64,000 bases of DNA, taken from the NCBI RefSeq assembly GCF_006345805.1, contig NC_042998.1, forward strand, positions 49,910,001 to 49,974,000, given 5' to 3'. The notes beneath the pieces were generated by a model. That model worked only from the letters and a program-made list of their open reading frames with translations, made no database searches and was not told the DNA's origin. This DNA is from Octopus sinensis (lineage: Eukaryota). Positions 14,348 to 27,989 of this stretch are shown one piece after another. Within the stretch, counting starts at the first letter, position 1. Every line of letters begins with the position of its first letter. Both the position numbers and the translations under genes were made by a program.

Positions 14348-14560
14348 GTTACGAGCTGACAGAATTGTTAGCATGCGGGCAAAATGTTTAGCGGCATTTC
14401 GGCCGTTTTTACGCTCTGTGTTCAAACTCCGCCGAGGTCGATTTTGCCTTCCAACCTTTCGGGGCCTATGAAATAAGAACCTGTTGAGTACTGGGGTCGA
14501 TGTAATCAACTTACTTCCTTCCACCGAAATTCGTGGCCTTGCGCCAGAATTTGAAACCAA
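14348..14560 (+). mobile_element. Old family A SINE
   Basis: Diverged head and core with old-type tail. Confidence 0.8.
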
Positions 14561-14687
14561 TACTGGTAATTTGAATCTTTATCAATGAACTGCATATCAA
14601 TTTACAGAATTTTTAGAAATAAATATGCTATAAACGAAAATGTGCTTCCAATTCATAGAAAAATTTCGAGTAATGTGTAAATCTTAC

Positions 14688-14897
14688 CGTGCACCAGACG
14701 ATGTAGATGATGAGCAGAAAGACAGCGAGGCAGGCCAGGCCGGGTACTTCCCAACGGATGTCCCACTGCAAAAAGAATTCGGCGCCCACCAGACATAGCC
14801 AGATGCTCACACCAGCCAATGGTGTCAGCATGAAGAAGCACAGAATGTCACACATCAAGTGACGCTTTTCATTTTGCGTACCTGGGTTTTTTAAAAA
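14688..14897 (-). CDS. MARCHF3: MARCH2/3-like E3 ligase, transmembrane exon (phase 0 to phase 0, 210 nt)
   Basis: Minus strand: polypyrimidine tract ttttctag|TTTTTAAAAAACCCAGGT...TGGTGCACG|gtaaga. Translates FLKNPGTQNEKRHLMCDILCFFMLTPLAGVSIWLCLVGAEFFLQWDIRWEVPGLACLAVFLLIIYIVWCT, closely matching the MARCH2/3 post-RING segment (WLRNPGPQHEKRTL..DMVCFLFITPLA..SGWLCL.GA). MARCH2 versus MARCH3 cannot be resolved; probably a co-ortholog. Confidence 0.95.
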
Positions 14898-15158
14898 CTA
14901 GAAAAGGAAGAAAGAAAAAAATAATAAATAAATAAATAGATGACAGACAGTTAGAAAGATAGATAAAGAGAGTGAGGAAGAGTGAAGAAATATATAGATT
15001 GGTAGACGGATAAATAGATAGCTAAATAGGTAGATGGAGAGAGAGAGAGACAGAGAGAGACAGAGAGAGACAGAGAGCGAGAGAGAGAGAGAGAGAGAGA
15101 GAGAAATAGATAAATTGTTTACAATAATATCAAGTAGCATAACATGCGTAAAAAAATA

Positions 15159-15669
15159 CCGTAAATCCTCGAGTATAATCCGCATTTTCCCCCCAAAATT
15201 TAAAGGTCAAAATCCCTAGTGCATACTATACACGTGGTTAAAAATGAAAAGAAAAAATATTTTCTAAGCAATGTCCGAGTCTCTATTTGCTGTCCGGCAA
15301 TGTTTATTCGGACGCATTTTTTGATGTCGGGCGCGAAAATACATTAACCTAAGCCTGAAAGCAATGAAGTCATAAAAGAATCATCCATAATATGCAGTAA
15401 GCAACATTTATTAAACGTTATTACTGTTATTTCTTTATTTTCTGCAAACAAAATGCACAAAAAAGCTACACGTTTGCATTATGTTATATATACAATAATA
15501 ATAAAGGACGTTACCGTATACAGTTTTACAAACCAAGAACGTTATATAGATCTCTTTGACTCAAGTTAGAGACGTATTATACACAAGGTTTAGGTTTTTC
15601 AGAGGTACAGCCCCCTAAAAATTCCCTGCGTATTATACTCAAAGGCGGACTATACACGAAGATTTACGG
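15159..15669. mobile_element. Tc1/mariner-superfamily MITE
   Basis: TA|CCGTAAATCCTCGAGTATAATCCGC ... GCGGACTATACACGAAGATTTACGG|TA: terminal inverted repeats with TA duplication. Confidence 0.85.
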
Positions 15670-15705
15670 TACTAGGAAGTAAAAAAATCATTAATTGATA
15701 ATTAA

Positions 15706-16083
15706 GGGTGTTACAGCGAGCACCAACACGCCAAATATAGCAGTCAGAAGACAACTACAATCACAAATTTTCACCGACACACTTTAATTGAAGTCAAGGC
15801 AATGAGAAAAAATTCTAAGCCCCCGTACCAAGAACGAAAATAATCGTAAATTGAAAAGCCAGACAGGGAGTCAGTGAGACTCGCAGATGAAAACTAAGTG
15901 GCACTTCCACAAAGTTCCAAAATGGTTTGGCTTTTCAATTTACGATTCTTTTCGTTATTGGTACGGGGGCTTAGTATTTTTCCTTATCTCCCCGACTTCA
16001 GTTAATGTGTATCAGTGAAAATTTGTGGTTGTAGTTGTCTTTTGACTGCCATTTTTAGCGTGCTGGTGCTACCTCTAGTACCC
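15706..16083. mobile_element. Fold-back MITE with ~155-bp arms, possibly Kolobok-like
   Basis: TTAA|GGGT...ACCC|TTAT; arms 15706-15861 and 15928-16083 are reverse complements. Confidence 0.7.
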
Positions 16084-16088
16084 TTATG

Positions 16089-16089
<1 letters not shown>

Positions 16090-16155
<66 letters not shown>

Positions 16156-16156
16156 T

Positions 16157-16198
<42 letters not shown>

Positions 16199-16406
16199 TA
16201 TACAAAGAGAGAGAGAGAGAAGTAGAAAATTGATAGGTAGACAGACAGATAGATTGATAAAAGGAGTTAGTGTGTGTGTGTGTGAGAGAGAGAGAGATGG
16301 AGTAGCAGAAATAGATAGATACACAGACAAGTACATAGCTAAATAGATAGAGGAGAAAGAGGATTGAGAGATAGGAGGATAAATAGATGAATAGATAAAT
16401 AGATAT

Positions 16407-16459
<53 letters not shown>

Positions 16460-16476
16460 TAGACAGACAGACAGAC

Positions 16477-16511
<35 letters not shown>

Positions 16512-16534
16512 CAAATAGACAGACAAATAGATAG

Positions 16535-16565
<31 letters not shown>

Positions 16566-17091
16566 GATAGATAGACAGATAGATAGAAATATAGATAGAT
16601 TGATAGAAAATTAGATAGATAGACAAATAGACAGACAGACAGACAAATAGATAGATCGATAGATAGAAAGATAGATTGTAATTAGAGGTAGTAATGGAAG
16701 AAAGGAAATTGGCGAAATAGGGATAGAAGTGATGGTGAAAGAAGAGAGTTGGAAAGAAGAAATAATAAACAGACAGGTGTTTGAGAGAAGAGCGACATAG
16801 AGAGTGAATGGGGGTGAGAAATACGTTGTTTTGTTCAGAAAAAAAGCCAGAGAGTAAGATGCGCAACAGAAAAAGAGATCAAAGAAAATCAAGGAGAAAC
16901 GTGGGAGAGACAAAGTGAAGGATGTTTTGTGAGTCGACGGAGAAAGGTTAGAAAATAAAATGCAGCAGGACTAAAAGAGAAACACCCGTACAAATGCACA
17001 CACACACATACGCACGTGAGCAGACGCACACATACACACATATATACTGATATACGCGCACATATTCACACGTACACACATACACACACAT

Positions 17092-17152
<61 letters not shown>

Positions 17153-18160
17153 TAGATGAATAAACATATAGACTGATAGATATGCATATATATATATATA
17201 TATATACATACATACACACACACACATATATATATACTTATAAATATATATACATATATATATATACATATATATACATACATATATATATACATGCATA
17301 CATACATATATATATACATGCATACATACATATATATATACATGCATACATACATATATATATACATGCATACATATATATATATATACATACATACATA
17401 TATATATATATATACATACATACACACACACACATATATATATACTTATAAATATATATACATATATATATACATATATATACATACATATATATATACA
17501 TGCATACATACATATATATATACATGCATACATACATATATATATACATGCATACATACATATATATATACATGCATACATACATATATATATACATGCA
17601 TACATACATATATATATACATGCATACATATATATATATATATACATACATATATATATATATATACATACATACATACATATATATATACATGCATACA
17701 TATATATATATATATATATACATACATACATATATATATATACATACATATATATATATATACATACATACATATATATACATACATACATACATACATA
17801 TATACATGCATACATACATATATACATACATACATATATACATACATACATATATACATACATACGTATATATATATACATACATGCATATATATATATA
17901 TATATACATACATACATGCATATATATACATACATACATACATACATACATGCATATATATACATACATACATACATACATGCATATATATACATACATA
18001 CATACATACATCTATATATATACATACATATATATATACATACATATATATATATATGCATACACACATATATATATACAGAGAGAGACAGAGAGACAAA
18101 GACAGAGAGAGAGAGATAGAGATTGAGAGAGAGAGAGAGGGAGAGAGAGAGAGTGTGTGT
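16090..18160. repeat. Large compound microsatellite block (TA, GATA/GACA, CATA/CATG)
   Basis: Read directly; source of many spurious ORFs. Confidence 0.95.
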
Positions 18161-18343
18161 ATGTGAGTGTGATGAGGAGACAGACAGAAAGACAGAGTAA
18201 CAAATAGACTGACGAAAGACATAACACTAAATGGAAGATAAAAGCAGCATATTCCTACATGAAAAAGTTAGCGAGAGACATAAAAATAGGGAGAGAAAAA
18301 GTGATACAAAGAAAGAGAGAGAAAAAAAGAGTGTATAATGAGT

Positions 18344-18696
18344 CTTGCGGCACTCCGTCGGTCACGACGACGTGGGCTCCAGTTGATCCAATCAACGGTG
18401 CGGCCTGCTCGTAAAATTAACGTGTACGTGGCTGAGCACTCCACAGACAATTGTACTCTTAACGTAGTTCTCGGGGAGATTCAGCGTGACACAGAGTGTG
18501 ATAAGGCTGGCCCTTTGAAATACAGGTGCAACAGAAACAGGAAGAAAGAGTGAGAGAAAGTTGTGGTGAAAGAGTACAGTAGGGTTCACCCCCCCCCATG
18601 CTCAATAAGCACTCACAACGCCCGGCCTGGGAATCGAAACTGCGATCCTACGACCGCGAGTCCGCCGCCCTAACCACTGGGCCATTGCGCCTCCAC
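18344..18696 (-). mobile_element. tRNA-derived SINE, family C
   Basis: Head GTGGAGGCGCAATGGCCCAGTGGTTAGG...TTTCGATTCCC; TSD-like GTATAATGAGT / GTATAAGGAGT. Confidence 0.9.
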
Positions 18697-19555
18697 GTAT
18701 AAGGAGTAATTACAAGGGAAAGGAGAGATAAGGATAGAGAGTTGCTTTTTTTTTGTTAGAAAGAGAAGGGAGAGATTGGGTATGAGGAGAAAAAGAAAGA
18801 GGAGTTGAAATAGATAGGGGATCAATAAAAAGTGGTCTGGAGAGCAGTGCGAATGGAAGACTAAACGGGAAATGACGAGGGAGAGAGAGAGAGAGAGAGA
18901 GAGGGGATAGTAAAGGGTGAAAGATTAATAGAGAATATGTGGAAAGGAAGACGAAGACATGGAGAAGGAAAGAAAAGTAACATAAGTAATAGAGTAAGAG
19001 CTAGAGTGAAAGAGTGAGAGAGAAAGAGAGAGAAGGGAGAGAGAGAAAAAAGAGAGAGAGAGAAGGGAGAGAGAGAAGGAAAGAGAGAGAGAGAAGGGAG
19101 AGAGAGAAAGAAAGAGAGAGAAAGAAAGAGAGAGAAAGAAAGAGAGAAAGAGAAAAAGCAATATGGCAAGTGAAAGGAAGAGAAAGGAAGAAGAGGAAAG
19201 AGAGGAGAGCAGAAGAATGACAGGAAATACATAACCATAAGGAGAGAAAATAATCAGGGGAAGAGGTGACAGTAAAAGAGAGAGAGGGGAGGGAGGGAGA
19301 GAGAGAAAGAAAGACAGGTACAGAGATAAAGAGAGAGAGAAAGACAGAGAGAGAGAGGGGAGGGGTTGGTTTTGTGGGGAAAAACAAGAAAGACAGAAGA
19401 GAATAAAAATTTAATCTTTCACTTTCAAAAATGATCAGAAAGAATATTGAGACAAGCTTTTAATATTTTCATCAAAAGCTAATAATATACAAAATATATT
19501 ATATGAAATGAGATGAGTTAATTCGACAGAAAAGCAAATATCTATCATTCAGATG

Positions 19556-19597
<42 letters not shown>

Positions 19598-20220
19598 ATG
19601 TATATGTATGTATGTATGTATGTATGTATATCCGTGGCCAAATGAATGATATTTATCAAATCTAATAGATGTTAGGTTAAGATGCTTAAATGCCGACGTC
19701 ATGCTTATGACTTCAGATTGAACTATAAGTTATATGTGGCGAGAGCCTGAGCTTGGAACGAAACACTGCTTACGCCAATTTGCCTGACTGATGAGAAAAA
19801 TCAGTTTCCATCCAAACTTCTATTTCATAGTCGAGTGAACAGAGCAGAGCTCTCCAGCGTTTTCACACTGGGGGATGCGCTGTCTAAAATAAATTTTTTC
19901 GGGACACATTAATTTTTTTTTTTTAACGAAATTAATAAATGAGCAATTAAATATTAAGTCACGTGTCAGCAGTCACGTATCCAATTATAGCAGAGTTGTT
20001 AGGTCCCAAATTCTAATTCATTGTTAAATATTCGCAATATATATATATATATATAACGCAGATTTTACTAAATTTCTCTGTTTGGAAAACCTTTGGTTTA
20101 ATGTTTAGTTATAATTCATTTCTCATGTCAGCGTGGCTGTGTGCTATATCGCGGTCTAAAAGAACTGGATATACCAATTTTTCATATTAAATACATTCCT
20201 GGTATCATGTACGTACGTAT

Positions 20221-20511
20221 TAATTGCTTGTAGGAACAACATATTTCGTTACGTAACGATAATATATTACTAAGTATATTAAACGTTTTATCAGACAATA
20301 CTGTGTCTCACTGTGTTAGCAGTGCTATTCAATGACATTAAAAAAAAATAGTTACCTCTAGAGATAACTTTCTAAAGATAACTTAAAACATAAAATGATT
20401 GAATAGGACTGCTAACACAGGCAGGACATATTATTAAATAATAAGAGTTTAATATACTTGTTAGTATATTATGATTGCACAACGAAATGCTGTGTCCCTA
20501 CCAGCAATTTA
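20221..20511. repeat. Diverged inverted repeat (fold-back), ~120-bp arms
   Basis: ctgtgttagcagtgctattcaat pairs with attgaataggactgctaacacag; aagtatattaaac pairs with gtttaatatactt. Confidence 0.8.
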
Positions 20512-21577
20512 TACATACACACACATATGCGTATAAATTGAGGAAATAATCATTAAAATGATTATACCAGTGGCCTTGTGCAAAAAGGAGAACAAATTTA
20601 GAGTAGTTTGGAGACATTTGACATCTACTTCTAGCATATTGGCGTTGTCTCTCCAGGCGATGCCCAACTGACCCTACTGTACTGTGTAGTCGACAAAATT
20701 ATAGAAAACAATGCGCATGCGCGAAATACAAAAATGTAAAATGGCAACAATTTACCCATCGCACCCTATATATGTACAAGATTTTAAAAATATATTTTGA
20801 TACAGGCATAGTATTCGAAAATAGATTTACTTAAAATGAAATTAAATAAAGTAGATTAGTTCGGATTAGTTGGAAAGAAGCTTTTGTCGAAGGGCTTATA
20901 ACGCGGTTGCTTGAAAAATTGAAAACAGGGAAAAGCGCTTACGCAAAAACTTCCTTTTCTAAGGTCTCTGCTAATACCTTTTTCTAAAAGAAAATGTTTT
21001 AATACATTTAATAATCTTCAATTGAAGAAAACCTTACTTTTATACACACACGCGCAAGCACACACGTATATATATTTGCATGTATGTATGCTTGTGGATG
21101 TATGTTTAGCTATCCTTCTACATGTGTGTGTTTGTGTGTGCGTTGCGCGTGAATGCGTAGGCATGTTTCAATCCATATATAGCTCATACAAACACTTTTT
21201 AAGTTCTTCTAAAAGACTGGAGTAAATAAGATTAGACCGTACGTATTCTATAGGAAATTACAGTGTTATCTGATATCGGTGTGGTTTTTGTAGGATAATG
21301 CATTGGGAATTCTGCCAAGAATCAACAGAAATGAATCCCCGTCAACTGTGCCAAGTCCTTCAATATCATCACCACTATTTCTTGTACAACTAAATCAGTG
21401 AATAACAGAATAAATAGAGCACCGAACTCAATTCTTCGTGCTATTCTGCTTTTATTTTGTGTTTCAATTTCGAATCCTGCCAATATCCATTTTAGCTTTT
21501 TCACATTTTAGCTCAGATTACATTAATTATATCCTCTTTTTAAATGTGCATTATAATTCCTAAATTACATAACAGTT

Positions 21578-22087
21578 GAGCAGAGTTTAGGTTAACTCAA
21601 GTATGTCTGTAACATATTTCAACTGCTAAAAGACAAATACACCGTAGTTACCGTGGTAAAATGGTATGAAAACACCTGGTTCGTTCAGTGTCGCCATCTA
21701 TTAGAAATCCCAAACATCGATGTTTCAAGCTTCTTTGCTCTTGTCGATGAGATGTACCTAAAAGAGGCAACTCTGAACGAACTTACAAAGCCATAGCTTT
21801 ATGTATGCTTCAGTCAAAACGTTGATTGATTTGCGCTAGAGGATACGTGTTGACTAAAGCACATATAAAACTATGGCTTTATAAGTTCGTTCAGAGTTGC
21901 CTCTCTTAGGTACATCTCATCGACAAGAGCCAAGAAGCTTGAAAAATCGATATCTGGGATTCCTAATAGATGGCGACACTGAACGAACCGGGTATTTTAA
22001 CACCTTTTTACCAGCAACTGCAGTGCATTTGCATTTTGGCTGTTGAAATATGCCACAAACATACTTCAACTAACTTAAATTGTACTC
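21578..22087. repeat. Long inverted repeat, ~245-bp arms with a ~22-nt loop
   Basis: Arms 21578-21822 and 21845-22087; inner ~145 bp differ at about 12 positions by hand alignment. Confidence 0.93.
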
Positions 22088-22095
22088 ATGCCTAA

Positions 22096-22384
22096 GTTGA
22101 GGCACATGGCCTAGTGGTTAGAGCAGCGGATTCGCGGTCTTGGGATCGCGAGTTCGAATCTCAGACCGGGTGATGTGTGTGTGTGTTTATGAGCCAAAAC
22201 ACCTAAGCTCCACGCAGAAGGTAATGGCGAACTTCTGCTGACTCTTTCGCCACAACTTTCTCTCACTCTTTCCTCCTGCAGCTCACCTGCAAGATGCGTC
22301 CCGTTCAGGTGGGGAACCTATACACCAAGGAAACCGGCCCTTATGAACCAGGCATGGCTCAAGAAGGAACAAACAACAAAAACA
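22096..22384 (+). mobile_element. tRNA-derived SINE (family C variant) with 12-bp TSD
   Basis: ACTCATGCCTAA at 22084-22095 and 22385-22396; A/B boxes; (AAC)n tail. Confidence 0.92.
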
Positions 22385-22774
22385 ACTCATGCCTAAACAC
22401 TGCTTGACGCTAATGCATCGTTATTTTCCTCGATTGGACATAGCAGTTATTTATTCTTCATCTACTACAACTGTCACTGATTTCGAGGCTGCCAGTCTAT
22501 TGACAACTTTATATATTTCACCGAAATTAGCGAATCGTTAAAACGTCAGAAAACATTTTTGTTTTTTGAGTATTTTTATTTTTCTGAGTTCAAATCCTGC
22601 TGCCATGTTAACTTTGCTTTTCAGGTTTGAGTGTTGATAAAACAGTATGCCAGTCAATAGCAACAGTCGATAGCATCAACAAATAACTCCTCTCAAAACT
22701 ACTTGCCTTTATAAGAAACATATATTTTTATTCATTCCTCCGATTGCAACCAAGCTACTCGCTCTTATGCTTTT

Positions 22775-22807
<33 letters not shown>

Positions 22808-23113
22808 GAGCTCATTAATGTGTTTATATGCTTTGCGTGGGGGCAAGCATGTCTCCGAGTTCAAAGTTTCTAGTTTCGAACTGATAACGTTCTTTATTAA
22901 TAAAATAGTCCTGAAGACTCGTTTCAGAAGTGAAGTTTCAGAGTTAAAGCCGTAGTTCAATAACCTGTCACTTATCTCTCGCCCACTTATATATTTATTT
23001 GTTTATCTATTCACACACACACACACACATACATATTTTCGGAGAGAATTTTAAACTGAATTTAACCGTTTTATCTTGGCCACGCAACTGACAAAAATAA
23101 TCAAATAATGTTC

Positions 23114-23411
23114 TTTTTTTACGCCCTTTCAAACCTAGTCAGGCTCATGGGCCCGGTTTCCCGGTTTCTGTGGCGTATGCGTTCCCCCCCAGCTAGACGG
23201 GACGCCAGTCCATCGCAGCGTTACTCAAGAAACAGGAAGAGAGAGTGAGAGAAAGTTGTGGCGAAAGAGTACAACATGAGTCGGAGCTTTTAAGTGTTTT
23301 CGTGGAGCTCTTAAGTGTTTTCGCTCAATAAACACACACAACGCCCGGTCTGGGAATCGAAACCGCGATCCTCCGACCGCGAGTCCGTTGCCCTAACCAC
23401 TGGGTCATTGC
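23114..23411 (-). mobile_element. tRNA-derived SINE, family C variant
   Basis: Head CAATGACCCAGTGGTTAGG...TTTCGATTCCCAGACC; tail shared with 37240-37495. Confidence 0.85.
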
Positions 23412-23856
23412 AGTGTTCTAACTCAATAAGATTTCTAAGGTTGAGAGTTTTTTCTGGTTTTCCTAGTATTACGTTGAACGAGCGATAATTTGTTTTCCCT
23501 GGCTAGGGCGAAAGACGTTCGCATATAGTATTTCATCGTTGCAAGACAATTTAAAAATTCAAGTCAGCACTGCCAACAATCATCCATCAGTTTTGTAGAA
23601 ACTACTGCTGTGAGGCCTACAGCAGGGAATAAGGCCTTCCGCGATAATTATTTAGAACTTGTTGCGTTTAACAATTGAGTATTCTGCTATGTACTATTAT
23701 TGGTAACGAAATAGTTTTCAGATATATTTTAACATAATTATAGTCTGTTGTTTGCATTGTAAATGTACACACACACATATACGTATGCACATGTCTGTAT
23801 ATTGTATCTATATGTGTGTGTTTGTGTGTGTCTATGTCTCTCCTTCATTTCTCTCC

Positions 23857-23901
<45 letters not shown>

Positions 23902-24739
23902 GTGTGTGTGTGTACGTATGTATAAATGTACACACACAGACACACTAATACGTACTTTCACAAACATTTTGGAAGGCATACAAACATATTCTTGCACGCA
24001 TTCATGCTAATCTAATTTAGGACATATATAGAGTAATGTTACACTAGATTTTGACAAATAAAACAAGTATGTTTTGTATTAGTCTTTGTGTGGGCATTCT
24101 AGTCGAAATGTATGTCCACAGTGTGAGAAAACTGTCGATGACAAATTAAATTCAGCTTCCCTTTAGAGACATGTATCTAAGCAATCAGATATCTACTTCA
24201 AGAGCTGAATTACTAAATCTATCAAGTGTTACCGATTCTTGATAACATCTATGTACATACATAGATACACACACACACAGAATTTATATATGTATATACA
24301 TAAACCACATACATACATATATACATGCATATATTATCTTTTCATATTTTGTGATGCTTTTGCCTTCTATATTCTCCCTTGAGATAGTAATCTAATTTAC
24401 TGGGAGAGTTACACTTTTTCTATTGCATTATCATCACAACACCTTTTCTCGGACTCCCTTTGCTCTATTGTGAGAATAGAACAAAATGATATAAAAAAAA
24501 ATGGAATTAAAAATGAAAAAGAGATATCTTTTGCTGTCTCCACCAACTTATTTATTCACTCTATCTTTGAAATGGGTGACTGAGTACTTACTGGAAGGAT
24601 TATGCCACTGACCCAAAAATTAGGTTTTTAATCGAGGTCTCTGGTGTTCTTTATTTACCCTTATCTAGTCAAAGTAGAAATATGAAGAAATCTCTCACCC
24701 TCTCTTGCTTTCTCGTTCTCTCACTGACTGTAATTTAGA

Positions 24740-24900
24740 GATAAGACTGCTCATCAACTTCAATGTTTTATGGTCAGCATTTAGCAAAAGCCGACAGGAA
24801 TATAGTCCACTGAACTTTTTCTGTGCCAAGAACGCTATAAATTTATCGCAGCTTTGTTGAGAACTATATAGGCAATGATGGCTATCTGTGGTCAAGTTTA
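24740..24900 (-). mobile_element. Possible decayed Gypsy RNase H fragment
   Basis: FLAQKKFSGLYSCRLLLNADHKTL resembles the Gypsy pattern AVKKFxxYLYGRxFxLxTDHKPL. Confidence 0.35.
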
Positions 24901-27024
24901 ATGAATATTGAGATGCTAAAAGTCTCATTGCTCTGAACAAACCAAAGTAAATTACACCTAACTTTTGAGTTATTTAGATTATGAATTCGTTCGTGAATTG
25001 GATTCCTCATAAAGTCTTTAGCTAGCTTATGAACTACATACACAATATAGTAGCTGTGTATTTATCAAACGCCTTTACAACACCTTCAGTTATCAGTGAC
25101 GCTCGATATTTAGTGAGAATTAGCTTTAGAAAAAGCATGTATCTACGATAACTACTAAGTAAATAATCTAAGAATTTCGAGTGCTTGAACACTCTTAATC
25201 CAAGGGTATTAAAGAACCATAAAAGAAACACGTTAAGTTGTTACAGTATTTAACACTACAAAGCGAACAGAAGTAAAAGGAAAAAAATTCTGATCTTTTA
25301 TTTGGTATATATTCGTTTATATTCGTTTCATCCTATTGGTCTAATTGTATAAACAGGTATCAAAAAGGCTTCTTATTTAAATTTTCGAATACCATGCAAA
25401 TATTCAAAGTCGAAGAACCAACTAATATGCTTAAAGTAAACATTAATGATTTGTTACTGTAGAATAAGATCGAAATCTTGGTGAGAGAATGTTCTGACAC
25501 GAAATTCATCATATTTTAGATTTATGAGTTTAAGTAAAGTAATCACCATCCTCCACAAGAGTAGAAAGAATTTTGATAGATACCTGTTTCACAGAAAGCT
25601 TAAGCAATATGACAAAATATTTAAAAATTAAGTTATCTTTTCCAGAAGATGGTTGGAAACTTTTGCATATATTCACTGTGATAGTGAAATTAAGTTGTGA
25701 TAAATAAAATAACTGAAGAACAAGAGACAGGCGAATTGGTATTAAAAAGAAACACGTTTTTATGCATAAATACATTGACTAACCGAAAAACAATTCCGCC
25801 AACATAGATGCATGGAGAAGAAATATTCATACAACCAATATAAGTCAATTCCGAAACATCAGTACAGTACAAGACATAAAGTTCAAAATACCAAAAAAAC
25901 ATTACTGAAAATAGCTTTCAAGTTTGTGCAGTTCAGTTGTAATTAACTGTTTCTGTGAGTTAAAAACACAAGGTTGATATGTTTTAAATTGCTCTTGATA
26001 GTGACGCTGATGTTTTCATTGTTGCTGTTGTTGTCAGTATTGATTTTGGCTGTAATTATTGCAGTTGAAACTAATTAGGCTTCTAAGGACAAACGATAGA
26101 TCTAAATGTTTGTGCATGATATGCGACAAAGATAACGAGAAAATAAAATGTTAATGCATAAAGTGGTGTAGGGCACTAATGCTGTACGACTTGCTAATTC
26201 ATAAACCCTTGTAGTAAGGGTAGATGACACAAGAAGGGATGCAGTATATTGGTAAGGTAGTAGAGGGTATCTGCAGGTGGTATTTGTTAATGCCTAGGGT
26301 AATATTTCCTTTCTTTTTTAGTGGGGTATAAGCTTTGAAAGCATAGCACTAACACTACTTGAAATACATGAACGATGCGCTGTAGACCACAATTATGCAA
26401 CGTAGACGTTAGCATCTCTTTAGAGCTGTGAGAATTACTGATCGAAAAGAGAAAAGCCTAAATTTAAGATCATCAGCAAATGGGGAATTTAGTATAGACT
26501 GGAGACTACGAAGCCTTCTGTAGCTTGCTTTAAAATAATTCCGATGCTCGAAGTGTTTTATAGATATGGAAGATGCTGTCCTGTACATAACAGTAACTTT
26601 CTCTTCTTTATCCGTTAATGCAGTTAAAGAAGAGAGATCTCAGGCCTATGCCATCCTTCTTGTATGTACTGCGTAAGTAACTGTACAATGTAAATTTCTC
26701 CCAGTTAGTAAATATTGAGATTTCTGTATGGCCTTTGCTGTCTTCATTGTCTGCAAGGAGCAATATATGTGACTCCGTGAACCACATGTGGGATTTGGAG
26801 TTGAAGGCCCAAATTTTGCGAGAGATGCAGACTAGGATTTCAGAAAAGGTTTAATGTATCGACAAAAATTAATGTTTCCTTGAATTTTAACTATGTTCCA
26901 TGCAATCGATAGTTGCTTTCTGTTATTATTCTCTTTGGCTGGCGGATGAGGTAAAAAGATACCGTGTTAATTTACTTAAACACTTTTTCAAGCTTTTGTT
27001 AATTTTTAGATGGCGAGAAACATA

Positions 27025-27406
27025 TCTCTCTTTATATAAACGGCAGTTTGTCTGTGCGTGTTTCTGTGTGTCTGTTTGCTTGTACCCTCACCCTGACCAC
27101 GGCTTTCAACCGATTCTGATGAAACTTGACACACACATAGCCCAATGTCATAATTCAAAACTAACGCAGCGAAAATTTTGAAAAGTTCACCCAGTTCTGA
27201 AAAAAATCGATAAATTCGACATGGGGTCGAGAATCAGAAACACAAACCGCAAACTGTCTAGGGGACGCAACTCCACCTTTTTTTACTCAAAAAAAATTTA
27301 CCATCATTTTTTTCCATTTTTTTGCTATTTTGTGGCTATAACTCTCTAAAAATGCTTTATAGTTATTTCCCTTACAAACCTGAGCAACGCCGGGCGATAC
27401 TGCTAG
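27025..27406 (+). mobile_element. Non-autonomous Helitron-like element
   Basis: A|TCTCTCTTTATATAAAC start; CCTGAGCAACGCCGGG hairpin then GATACTGCTAG|T end as in 12070-12458; interior differs. Confidence 0.75.
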
Positions 27407-27590
27407 TCTATAATATTATCGGAATGCAATTTTGGAAACGGAAAACTGAAAAAAAAACTATTTCGTATAAAGTCTGACACATGTTGTACGATGTAAAATT
27501 ACCGTCATAAAATCTGTAGCAAAAGAAATATTTATTGGTCTAAAGAATGAAAAGCTTTAGAATGCGAAGGCTTTGTATTTCACCATGTAG

Positions 27591-27989
27591 ATCTCTTTTA
27601 CTCTTTTCAGTCATTTGACTGCAGCCATGCTGGAGCACCGCCTTTAGTCGAGCAAATCGACCCCAGGACTTATTCTATGTAAGCCTAGTACTTATTCTAT
27701 CGGTCTCTTTTGCCGAACCGCTAAGTTACGGTGACGTAAACACACCAGCATCGGTTGTCAAGCGATGTTAGAAGGGGGGAACATAGGCATACAAACATAT
27801 ACAAGCACATACGTGTGTATATATATATATACATATACACGACGGGCTTCTTTCAGTTTCCGTCTACCAAATCCACTCACAAGGCTTTGGTCGGCCCGAG
27901 GCTATAGTAGAAAACACTTGCCCAAGATGCCACGCAGTGGGAGTGAACCCGGAACCTTTAAGCCACTTACCACACAGCCACTCCTGCAC
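27591..27989 (-). mobile_element. Family B SINE
   Basis: Colinear with 8396-8806. Confidence 0.9.

Noticed and set aside
1-14687. Terminal MARCH exon (expected xSxRYH..W...N motif)
   Set aside because: Not found by eye; probably outside the window, though I may have missed it.
16002-18227. Long YI/CM/HT-rich ORFs (up to 333 aa) here and elsewhere
   Set aside because: Translations of TA/CA/CATA/GATA microsatellites.
21598-21796. ~65-codon ATG-less open frame in the left hairpin arm
   Set aside because: The other arm is frameshifted with a stop, and differences are not concentrated at third codon positions.
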